A program made the position numbers and the translations under genes. DNA of 63,945 nucleotides, the filler included, from Intoshia linei (taxonomy: Eukaryota > Animalia > Orthonectida), in the NCBI GenBank assembly GCA_001642005.1. It is 4 parts of 4 records of this genome, joined end to end, with 100 filler letters (N's around TTAATTAATTAA, not from the genome) between each part and the next. Parts side by side here need not be neighbours in the genome. Positions count along the whole stretch, not along the records: positions 22,250 to 42,019 come from LWCA01000715.1; positions 42,120 to 50,718 come from LWCA01001443.1; positions 50,819 to 63,945 come from LWCA01001028.1; 1 more part is not named here. One strand, given 5' to 3'. The notes beneath the pieces were generated by a model, which worked only from the letters and a program-made list of their open reading frames with translations, made no database searches and was not told the origin of the DNA. Below, one piece after another: positions 40,026 to 51,473 of the stretch. Each line of letters opens with the position of its first letter. The first letter of the stretch is position 1.

Positions 40026-41086
40026 CCCTTTAGTGCTCGCGCTTTTTTAAAACGTAAATAGTCAAAGGACAAAAATGACCCATATTAATGAATGAAAAAT
40101 ATATAAAAAGCAATAAAAATATTAGTCGTAAAATTTAGTTGTATGAGCTATTTAATTCTATACAATGTGTACAAATTAAATGACAATGGTTTCTACAAAT
40201 ATATGCATTGCATAATTCACACATATTCTTAATTTTCTTCTGATTACTATCAAAACTATATAAATGACACCTTCGTCTTTTATTTGATGTATCGGAAAAA
40301 ATTGAATCATTACAATAATTAGTGTTCGCGTTATGCAAACCAGGTTGATATCTCGATTTAGTTTGATTTTGACATAAAATTATTTCCAATTTCATTCCAA
40401 GAAAAGCATGGAATTCATTTTTATCTATACATTTAGCATCTCTGGTTCTGCTACATTTGTGTTGTATAGAGATTATTTTGATATTTGTGGACTCAATAAT
40501 AATATCAACAATATCATTAGTATAAAGTAGCCTGAAGGAATTTAATATTGAAATATTGTTTCTGTCAAATATAATATTTTGTGATGGATTAAATTTAGTA
40601 AATTGTCCATTCGTGGATTCAGGTTTGCTTTCATAAATTTTTTTCATTTAGTGATATTATCCTTTCCAATAAATATTCCATCATCAATATCAGGCAAACA
40701 TTCATCCGATTCACTCAGATGATCACTAAAGTATTCATAATTTGATTCATCTTCACTATTCGAATAAAATGTATCTTCTTCATCTTGGAAAATATTATCT
40801 ATAGAATTCATGATTTTCAAATTAATGGTGAATAAATACAATTGTAAAATAAAGTTCCATAATATACGTTTTTATAGTTTTTAGCTGTGAAAAAATTTAT
40901 GTGCTGAGCGAACTCAACTCAATACTATAAAAATTAAAATAAATAGTAAAATTTAAAGTGTGACTTTTATTGCAATATCTTTTATTGTTATTTTATGAAT
41001 ATAAATTAATTTATTTAGCTGATCGTGTAAGACAAATTTCAATTATAAATATGGGTCAAAAATGACCTCGTGCGAGTAGTGAAGGG
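40026..41086 (-). mobile_element. Internally deleted piggyBac transposon
   Basis: TTAA|CCCTTTAGTGCTCGC...GCGAGTAGTGAAGGG|TTAA with subterminal AAAATGACC repeats. Coding remnant: acidic N-terminus (40644-40841), DIVDIIIESTN...EFHAFLG, then directly the Cys-rich C-terminal finger (RRRC...CELCNAYICRNH...CTHC). The DDD core is deleted. Confidence 0.9.
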
Positions 41087-42019
41087 TTAATGTTGTGGAA
41101 ATATTCAACCGAAATATTTTTTTAAATTTGCTGAATTTTTTATTTATGATTGCGAATTATTTTTTTACTTATCGAAAGCAGTTATTGAATATATTGCATA
41201 GTAATAATTACTACAGGTATTTAAAATTGTATTTTTTATTGAATTTATGTTATTTATAATGATTCTTAAGATTGTACCTGTTTTTACTTTATTTAAGATT
41301 ATACACTCATTCTTTTTAAAAATTTAAAAAATGGCATCACTAAATTGTTTTTTAAAGTTTTTACACATACAATTTTAATAATGATATAAATTTAAATTGA
41401 TATGAATTGACCATGGACCTTGGTTAAATAGGTTTGGGAATCACTCCTTTATTCGAAATGTATGATCGAAGAAAAAATTTGATAGTTTTTAACATCATAT
41501 TTTTATTTTCTATTAATTAAAAAGTCGCTCTTAGCAAAAATAGTTGCTGTTTGTACTTAGTACATAACATTGTCCGACAAAATTGACGTTTTTTTTTGAT
41601 CTGGATAAAATTATAGTAGTATTATAGATAATTTCAGGGTGAACAAAATAATGTAACTCTTGTGGTATGAATCGCTCAAAGTTTTAAAATAATCAGGTAA
41701 TAGCTTTGTTGCTATAGGCAAACTAATTTCATTATTTTTATAAGTGCCTTAATTACACTAATCCTAATATAAATTTTAAAATATAAAGAATCTTTCTAGG
41801 GTAAAATTAACTTTAATTTACGATGTCAAGGTGAAAAATATGAAAATCTTACTGCAAATATAGAGGTGTTATAAAAAAGGGTCTTAAAAAGTACTGATCT
41901 TTAATTTTGATCTTAACGTCTTTTTCGCTATCTAAAATAACTTTCAAATTTAGAAATATAACTCTATTACAAGACTCTTGAATCGCTCATTTTTTTAATT
42001 AATTTACAGTTGAAGTTAC

Positions 42020-42119
42020 NNNNNNNNNNNNNNNNNNNNNNNNNNNNNNNNNNNNNNNNNNNNTTAATTAATTAANNNNNNNNNNNNNNNNNNNNNNNNN
42101 NNNNNNNNNNNNNNNNNNN
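42020..42119. other. Artificial contig spacer
   Basis: 44 N + TTAATTAATTAA + 44 N. Confidence 0.97.
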
Positions 42120-42499
42120 CTGTTTTACTGCGCCGTACACTACATTCGATTATTTAGCCGATTAAATATACAAATTAGTATTAATTTAAATTTAGAGTTA
42201 TGTGAAGTTCAAAAAATATACACCAAGAACGGATGTTCTCCTTGTTTCCCACATCTTCAAAATCATTGTCTACCGCTCCTCATTTCCGTAACGATTATGA
42301 TAATCATATTATTTCCTACTTTAATATACATAATTGTATACTTAACTGTGATATATGACGCTGGAACGAGCATTCCGGTTCAGAAAAGATCCAAAAGGTA
42401 TTTGACATATAATGGAAAAAATTATACGATATATGATAATGACAAATTTAAAGAAGAAAAGATGATGTAGTTTAGATGGGCAAAATAATGATGTTATAA

Positions 42500-43395
42500 A
42501 TTTTTTTAAATAAAAGTTAACATCGACCGAATCGGTCAAATTCTTGACACGTTCTGGCATAATAGATTTAGACAACTCTTCAATCGCATTCCAAAGTAGA
42601 TTAAGGGAGTTATACTAAGTCCTAGCAGAATATAATTTTCTAAATGATTAATATAAATAATTATTAAGGTAATTTNCGAATCGGTCAAATTCTTGATACG
42701 TTTTGGCATAATAGATTTAGACACCTCTTCAATCGCATTCCGAAGTAAATTAAGGGAGTTATACTAAATCCTAGCAGAATATAATTTTCTAAATGATTAA
42801 TATAAATAATTATTAAGGTAATTTCAATATGTTACATTTTTATCATGCTCCAGTAATTTTCTATAGGGTTTAAATACAGACTGTTAGGGCCCCAATCCAT
42901 TAATTTTCCTCCACTAATACCATTTTCTGAGAGACTTGATCGCGTATAATACGATGCATGTGAAAATGCATTGTCATGCATAAATATGCAATTATTTTTA
43001 AAATTTTCGTTCTTTGAATTCAACTATGGAATGTAGTGTTGAGCCAGAAATTCTGTGTAATTAAATATGCGATGCTCACACGTTCGAGACATCGTGATAT
43101 TTGTAGAGTACTTTTTCCTCTTGCCATTAAACAGACTATTTGGTTTTTTTTCTATATTTAAGTCGTTTTTGTTTCTTATTTAAAATTTGCATAATTATTT
43201 GGCACACTTAACAACATAAAAAAACGATAATATGTAAATAAAAATTTTTTATTTGAATCAAATAAGTATTTATGTTTTTAATACATATTGTGTCGATTAA
43301 ATGTTAATTAATGAGCACAAAAATATAAGTTTTAATCATTTGTAGACTGAATACACAACTTTTAGTGATTAGCATAATATTTTGGCACAATGTGT
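42500..43395 (-). mobile_element. Tc1-family transposase pseudogene fragment
   Basis: IFMHDNAFSH...KLMDWGPNSLYLNPIENYWSMIK (second D and E of DD34E). The ~140-bp tail is duplicated across a single N at 42676. Confidence 0.8.
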
Positions 43396-45329
43396 ATAAC
43401 TAGGTTTACTGTTATGCACTACGTAAAACAGCACCTAGCTCTGTCTTTCGCGGACCGGTATATAATTTTCACGGACCAGCATTGGGGAAACGTTGTTAGA
43501 ATGTATCACATGTCGTATAATAACTCTAAAAATCAAAAAGATCGTTCTGCGAATTTACTAATACGGGCTAAGCCAAATATATTTTTTCACATTTTACTTC
43601 TCTAAAAACACCCGTTGTAAAATAAATTATTGGAAGATATTTAACAAAAATTGAAATTTTGAGATCTACAGCATTTTCAGTCTGATTTAGTAAATCATAG
43701 CTCAAGAACTCTATTTTATATTTTTTTGTAAATTAAATTTAATATAATAAATATTGCTTTGAATAGCATTGTAAGGAAATTATCAAAACTATGGTGGAAT
43801 ATGACACATTTAAGTCACGCCCAAATCTGAAAAAAGTGATGCATTCCTATCAAATCAAACAAACAAATTTGACATTAAAGAGTATTTTTATATTAACCAT
43901 AGAGAAAATGTAAAATGGAATTATTTTTAATTAAAAAATGGCATCGAACACTGCAGCTCAGATATAGAAGAATTATTACCTTCCCATTCATCAAAAACAG
44001 TGCGGTTACCTAAAATTGATTTCCAATACATTAATATATTGTGGATTAATACAACTGTGTAAAAAAAAATTATTGTCTATGAAGATTAACTTTTTTTGCA
44101 ATCAGAAATGTTCCTCTTTGTGTCGTATCAAAAAGAAGCAAATGTTGCACATGTTTTTTAAAAAACATTTATATTTTTCGGTGCCACCTATTCAAGTTTT
44201 TCTAAACAGATGAGGTTTCTCAGCGTGCAATTAACAGAATACAATATCTACGAAACAGATCCTCATTCAAGTGGTATTCAAGCGATATGCTGGTTTAGTT
44301 ACTACGCCCTAATTCACCGAATAGCTTTTTTATTATAAAAACTAATACCAGAGTTATTTTACAAATCTTTACTTATATAAAGTAACTAGCTTGATGTTAT
44401 GTACTTCGTACAAACATCATCCTAACTTCAAAGGGCAAACTTTTTTAATTGTACCAAAAAAATAAATTCAATAATAAAATCTTAATTAAAAATGTTACAC
44501 TCACTATTATAAATCCTTCAAGTGGTTTTATAAACTTGAATTTCACATTACCTTTTAAATTGAAATGAATTATACCCACTCAATTTTATTTGGCTAGCAT
44601 TTTTACAAAGAATTTTAGAAACAATTTTGTGATCCCATTTTTTTAATTTAGTAAAGATAGTGTATAATCCTTACTTATATAAAGTAAAATGGTCAAAAAT
44701 GTATGTCTGTTTATTTATTAAATTTTTTTTGATTTATTTAAGAAAATAAGAGGAGTCGAGTTTTACAAATTTCATATTCTTATAACTGTTTTTCCAGAGT
44801 GATGTTTTATCCATATTTCAATCTTCAGAAATTGAATCTCTCAAGGTTAGAAACCCCAATTGTCCTTTGTTTTTACATTCAAACCCGTTCTATATTGTTT
44901 TTACTTTATTTTTTAATATTATACACATTTTGTGTAATAAATTAAAAAAATGAGATAACAATTGTTTTTTATAATTCTTTACGCTAATGTTAACCAAAAA
45001 AATTAAAATGGAATAATTCACTTTAACCCTTACGAGCACTAATTTGATTGAATTGAACACAATTTTATTGTTTATAAACACATGTGTTTGTTTGAAAGAA
45101 TGAACAAGAAGAACGCTACTTTATTGATTTAATTTAATATTGACTATATACTATTAGGTGATTCACAAAGTTATGTCATTTTTATTGATACAATTGATTA
45201 GAAATGCTTTATCACCGATAAGATTTCACATATTTTAAAATATAAAATATTTTTTAACAATCATGTGTACGACCACATCAGATAACATTTAACCTGTATT
45301 ACATTCTAAACTTTAGAATATTGTATGTA

Positions 45330-46260
45330 TCTTAGAATCTAAGAGATACATGACCTTGAGTTATATTTTACTAAATAATCATTTTTAAAATGTCCTATTA
45401 ACAAATTATGCCACAGAGAGAGTATGTCAGATATTGGTTAGTTTATTTTTTAATTTTAAGCTATTTATTGCTTTCTCTCAAGAATTATAAAACATTCAAG
45501 GTTTTAGAGTTTGGCCTAAAAGACAGCGACCTACTATAATAATATTACCTCTATGTTTGAATATTGAGTACAGTTGCGGTGTCTAGAATTAAAATAATTT
45601 TTCTAACTTTATTTTTCATTTATAAATTTAAGTGTGACAATCATGATTCAAAAATTATTAATGTCATCCACGATTTTTTGTTACTTTTATAGGAAACATT
45701 TAATTTTTTAAATTCTAAATTCTTAAAACATCTAAGGTTTTTAAGGTTAATAATTAATAATTGTAACTTCTTGCCTAACATCCTTACACAGAATAGTATA
45801 GTTTATACGTTCGTTGCTGAACTTACCACATGCTTTATCTACATTCGATAATGTTACCGTTCTGTTAGAAGAACATTTGTAAAAAAATCCGAATTCATCA
45901 TAATTAAAAATATTATTGTTGTTATAATTAGCAATTTTGTTTGTGTAAATATCCTTAAAATTTTCAATTAGAATGGGATCAACAAGACTCTCTTCACCAA
46001 TGAATTTTTTTGAAATAAGACAACGACGTTTTTTGAAAGAACTTATCGAACCATTTGAAGTTTTAAAATATTCAATTTTATAAGTTTGAGACAATTTTAG
46101 AGCCATTGTTTTAATCATTTTGTCAGATAAAATCAAATGTTTCAACTTTTTAAATTCACTCCCTTCAAATAGTTTTTCATCTATTTTACAGGTTTTAAAG
46201 AAGCTTCTATTATAGATGATTTTATCTTGAATGAGAATATTGTGTAAAAATTTTAATTAT
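45330..46260 (-). mobile_element. pogo/Tigger (CENP-B-like) transposase pseudogene
   Basis: IKTMAL..S......FKTSNGSISSFKKR...GE...VD...NIFNYDEFGFFYK, then after a frameshift KPKNLRCFK...YKSNKKSWMT..IF...KIILILD with in-frame stops. Confidence 0.85.
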
Positions 46261-46599
46261 TCCATTAATGCAACCCATAGATTAAATTCTGGGGATGTTT
46301 TCATTAATAAAAATAAGGGTAATTTGGGATTTTAAATTTATGATTTAGCCCCGGAACAAACTGTAATTGAAAGTTGCCTTTAAAAAATTCTAAGACCAGT
46401 AGTTATTTAAATAAATGGTAACACACAGACAGACACACACAAACAAAAATCACGTAGCATATTATATAAGTTAGGATTACTTATTCTTAATATATTAGTT
46501 CATTATTATTGATAGTTCAAAAAGCAAATAATAAAAAATAAAATAATGTTTTGATTTTAAACTAATGGACTAAGTTTAAACATTCATTAAATTATTAAA

Positions 46600-47356
46600 T
46601 TGTTATGGTTTTTTAATTAATTTATTAAAACAAAAAATTTGAAATAATTAAAAAAAAAATTATTCTGATAGAGCTTATTCCAGTTGATATAAATACAAAA
46701 TTTCAACCCCAGAAACCTACGCATTCCCGGTGAAAAATAATTTTTAATAAATTATCAACCAATATCTTTCAAATATTTCGATTAAAATCAAAAATGTAAA
46801 TATTGATCCTACAATTTCAAAAAAAATGTGGATTTTACGTCTACACATTTCCAGTCAAGACATATGGGTGAAAATCTACTTGAGAAATTTCATTGCTACG
46901 CAATTTTTGAATTTTCATTTTCCAAACATTTTGAACAACATCTACGCAACGAATTTATAAAAACTTTGATACTAACTTAATTTGAAAATGATAAGAAAAG
47001 TAACATTCACAAGAAAAAAGGCCAAAAGTATGGACACATTGTTATATTACAATCTTTTGCAATAATGGTAAAATTAATTATTGATACACAATTGGTATAT
47101 TATAATACATAATAATGGTTTTTAAAATTCTTTACGCAAATGTTAACAAAAAAAATTAAGATAGAATAATTCACTTTAAAGTAAAAAGTAATGATATAAC
47201 GGTTCCACTTGAAACAAATTTGGGAACCACTCCTTTAAAGGATTGATAATAGTTAATAGTAGTATGTTGTAGTGAATTTATTTTTTTGGTATAATAAAAG
47301 AGTGCCCTCGGCAGAGCTAGGTGCTGTTTGTACGTAATACAAAACAACCAAGATAG
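46600..47356 (+). mobile_element. Helitron-like repeat (3' portion)
   Basis: Matches 9170-9380 and 63430-63640. Ends in a hairpin CTGTTTGTACGTAATACAAAACA followed by ATAG|T. Confidence 0.55.
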
Positions 47357-47391
47357 TATGCTTATAAAATGTAATCAATTTTATTTATTTA

Positions 47392-47844
47392 TTATTTAAA
47401 ATCATTAAGGAAATCTAATAATTGCATATCTTTTTTTGAAATGGTGACTCTTTGACGATGTTGAGCACATTTGTTCAAATCTGTAAACTTGGTTGTGAGG
47501 TATATTTCACTTACCTCTTGCAAGATTCGCAAAGCATCCGTTTGATATTGTATATAATCAGTGGTAATTTCACTGGTGATTTGATGTACGAGTCTTGCAA
47601 AAGGAAGCATTGGTATTGCGTTTCTATGGAGCCATCCAATGTTATTAGGCATAATCGATTTTTTGTTTACTTTGGAAAGTTTTTTGATTTTAGGAGCATT
47701 AGGAATAGTTCTTTGGTGTAGATATATATTAGTGTCGTTAGCAGAGCGACGATCATCGTTATTCATAATGTCACTTCTCTGGTGCCTGTTGAATCTACTC
47801 GGTATTCGTATAGGAGTAGACGACCCAGTAGGTTCAAAGACCAT
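47392..47844 (-). CDS. Divergent histone H3 variant, CenH3/CENP-A candidate (intronless, 150 aa)
   Basis: Histone fold IPMLPFARLVHQIT...YQTDALRILQEVSEIYLTTKFTDLNKCAQHRQRVTISKKDMQL aligns to H3. It has an unrelated N-tail, Q68-to-A, F84-to-Y, and loop 1 one residue longer. Confidence 0.85.
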   Translation of the reverse strand: MVFEPTGSSTPIRIPSRFNRHQRSDIMNNDDRRSANDTNIYLHQRTIPNAPKIKKLSKVNKKSIMPNNIGWLHRNAIPMLPFARLVHQITSEITTDYIQYQTDALRILQEVSEIYLTTKFTDLNKCAQHRQRVTISKKDMQLLDFLNDFK

Positions 47845-47987
47845 GTTGGCTAAATATTTTATATTACACTATTCTATCTAATCTAATAATATTGGGATTT
47901 CAGAATGTATATTGTGAAATACAAAAATATATAAAAATTTTACTACTATACATTATATTCGCAAATTAGATTGAGAATACGGTAGAT

Positions 47988-48142
47988 CAGTGGTTTTCAA
48001 CCTTTTTGTGTTTGGAATCATTATGAAAATAAAATAATTTTGCGACCAAAAATTGAAAATTTCTCAAACGACTGAATTTACATAGTAAAAAATATATTCT
48101 TAAAATTTTCAAATTCTCACGACCCTCGGTTAAAAAACACTG
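47988..48142. mobile_element. Short hAT-type MITE
   Basis: CAGTGGTTTTCAACC...GGTTAAAAAACACTG with an imperfect TSD CGGTAGAT/CTGTAGAA. Confidence 0.7.
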
Positions 48143-50718
48143 CTGTAGAAGGAAAGTAAATTATAAGTATTATATCTAATGTGTAGAAAATAGTTTAAAT
48201 TACTATTACAAAACTGGTAAAATTAGTTTTTTTAAAAACTTGCTTACAACAAATATAAGTAAAACATCAGTTTTTATAAAGTCGTTACTATCATATATTT
48301 AATTTATTTTTCAAAAAAGGACAAATTGCGTTTTTGATGTTGAAGGACTCAAACTAAGAAAATTAAACATATATATAAACATCCCCTACGAAAAACTATT
48401 AGAAATTGGGTTTTTTTAAATTCTTAGTCTGTTAATTTTATATTATTATGTTGGTTTGTCATCAATTTTGCATACTAACCTTACAACACTGCATAAGAAC
48501 AAAAACAATGTGCTCAAAAATGTGTTCTTATACGCAATGTTTAGTGTAGTTTTTACAAAATTTTAGGCAAACCAATTACATGTACTATGCAGTAAACTAT
48601 TTTCTACAAACTAATGTATGTATAATTTAGTCCAAAAAATGCGCTCAAAGCCACACTGCAAAAGTTGTCATTAATTGGAACATAAATGAATTAATGGAAC
48701 TTGGACTAGGGTCCTTAAAAGATTTGAATCGAGTATAAAAATTAAAATATTGATAAACCGTTATAGATTATGCTTGATTTATGAAAACTTTCATATAAAA
48801 ATTTAATTCGAAGCGACACCGACTCCGAACCATTCACACTGATTTTTGGAGTCGGTTCCAATTGCTAGTCCTTAGTATGAATTGAAATTAAAGATCATTT
48901 TTAACAATGGATCCCACTAGTTTTCCAATAATTTTTTGTGGTAACTCAATAAAGACGTCAATATTGGAAATATATACAGTACCGTTCCACTAATTAATTA
49001 ATTATAATGTATAATAATTTTACCATTTTGCTGTCTCGATCGCAAGGTGTTGTTTAATTTAGTAAGACTTGTATTTTTTACAATTTGTTTTGATTTTCGG
49101 GGCATATTTCATATAGTGATCTGATTAAAATGAAATTCTAACGTTGATAAAATCAATCAAATAATTTGCGCCTTTTTATTATCGTGCTCACAACTAAAGT
49201 TATTGTTGCTGTTTAAAAATCTAAAAGACTGTTTAGTAACTAATGTGACAATAAAACAATTGTTAGTCAAACGATTTATGGTAAAAACGGCACAACTTAA
49301 ATAATTATAATTACATAGCAAAGAAAATACAATTGTATTAATTATTAATACAATTAATTTAATACGATAACAAGTAGAATTTGAGATAAAATTTACAAAA
49401 TGTATTATAAATTATGTTATATTTTATTAGTAAATTACAGACAAAATCTTATTTTATAAGCAATTCCGCATAGAAATTCTCTTATAGTTTTTCCACCTTG
49501 AATGTAATCCTCAATCAAATTTTGTAATCTAATCTGCATTTCGAATTTACTTAGAGTGTCGAGATTATATACAGACTAAATAAGTACTTTTCGAAATGTC
49601 TTAGAAACAAAAAGAACAATAAAATTTGAATTGAAAGTTCTAACAATTTGAAATTTAAAAAGAAGTACTTTTGTTAAAATAAGTACTTATGGTCCATAAG
49701 TAATTTATTATAATATATTAATAAACACACTAATTTAATTAACTCTCGTAAACTTACTATTTTAATTTAAATGTACATTTATTATGAATATATGATAATT
49801 GACAAATAAACATTAACAGTCAAGTCTGAAGTGTGATATTTTGTTGATAAGTACATACCCCTATGTATACAGATGTACGTAATTATAAATGTGTGCCGTT
49901 TTTGTAGATTACCAGTCAAATACCGTTAAGTTAATGACAGTTGGACCATTAATATTTTTATTCAACACTGAATTTAAATTATTACATAGACATTTTGAAT
50001 GAAGCCATAGATAATGCACGGGTAAAGCTTTCACTAGGAGACAATTTTATATTCCACCACGACCTTGTTCCGGCTTGACAAGATTTGAAAAGAATATTTA
50101 TGTTTTTTTTACTTTTCCAACACTTAAAAAAAAGTAGAAATTAGTAATGTGGATTTTATTACACAACTTCGAAGAAGAATAAATATTTGTATCTTGTAAA
50201 TGTATATTAAACTTGTTTTATGTAACATTTTAATTTTATTGTTTATTTAACATGTCATTTAACCTTTATCCCGCCAATATTCCCAAAATGGTAGAGTAGT
50301 GCTCAAAGTTAAACCTATCAAGCTCATGGCACCCTGAAATGACACATAGGACCTTTAAAAAAAATTCTTATGAATTATAGTGTCATATAACGCAAGCTAT
50401 CTACCGAGGCTATTGAATTGACATTTTAATTTGACAAACAAATTAGTTAAGATATTCTAGAATTTTTTTAATTCTCAATGTAGTAAATTGAGGCCCCCAT
50501 TTTACATAAATATAGTCGAGGTCCTTCCGAAGAGCGATCTTGGATACGATAGGTTCGGTACTGGTAATTCGTCATAAGTAGTCTTGAAATGCATAATATT
50601 TTTAATTCCATCATATAACAGGAGTCGGCAATCATTTGCATCTCGTAGGCTACTTTTTTATATCAAAAAATTATTTTGCCCCCGTTTTTGAAAATTTATC
50701 CATGATACATTTCAATTT

Positions 50719-50818
50719 NNNNNNNNNNNNNNNNNNNNNNNNNNNNNNNNNNNNNNNNNNNNTTAATTAATTAANNNNNNNNNNNNNNNNNNNNNNNNNN
50801 NNNNNNNNNNNNNNNNNN
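50719..50818. other. Artificial contig spacer
   Basis: 44 N + TTAATTAATTAA + 44 N. Confidence 0.97.
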
Positions 50819-51205
50819 TGTTATCGTTTATTTCAATAACTATTAGTCTTAGAATTTTATAAAGTCCACATTTCTATTACCGTTTTTTTCCGGGGGTATT
50901 AGTAAGATAAATTTCAACCTCCCAAACTCACATCTTACTGATCAAAAAGCCCAATTATCCTTTTTTTTTAAATTTAAATTTATGATAATAGTTATGATTG
51001 TAAAATCCGTATCAGAGTGTATATTTTTTTAAATTTTTTAATTCGTTTAATTTTCAAAAAAAAGGATAATTGGGCTTTTTGATCAGTAAGATGTGAGTTT
51101 GGGAGGTTGAAATTTATCTTACTAATACCCCCGGAAAAAAACGGTAATAGAAATGTGGACTTTATAAAATTCTAAGACTAATAGTTATTGAAATAAACGA
51201 TAACA
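50819..51205. repeat. Apparently perfect ~150-bp inverted repeat with ~87-bp spacer
   Basis: 50819-50968 is the reverse complement of 51056-51205. The sequence belongs to the Helitron-like family. Confidence 0.9.
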
Positions 51206-51473
51206 AAGACACAGACTAACAAATCATATGATATAAGTAAGGATTATTATATAATAATTATTATGCATACGTATGTCAAAGTGCTGTGCTATTTCAAAGC
51301 AAATTTTTCTTGTAAAATTTCTCATAAACTAACTGTACCCTAATTTTTTATAAACATAAATTTTTCCAAAATATGAAACAACCTAATCCTTATATTCAAT
51401 TAAAGAAGTTTTTTTTTAATTTTGATTATGTGTTATTTATTTGAATTTAAATGTTATATAAATTTAAATTTAG

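Noticed and set aside
42528-42826. ~140-bp tandem duplication in the Tc1 remnant
   Set aside because: The copies are separated by a single N (42676), typical of unmerged overlapping contig ends or two haplotypes or paralogs.
45747-46145. Domesticated CENP-B partner next to the CenH3 candidate
   Set aside because: The pogo/Tigger sequence has frameshifts and stops, so it is a decayed transposon and the proximity is most likely chance.
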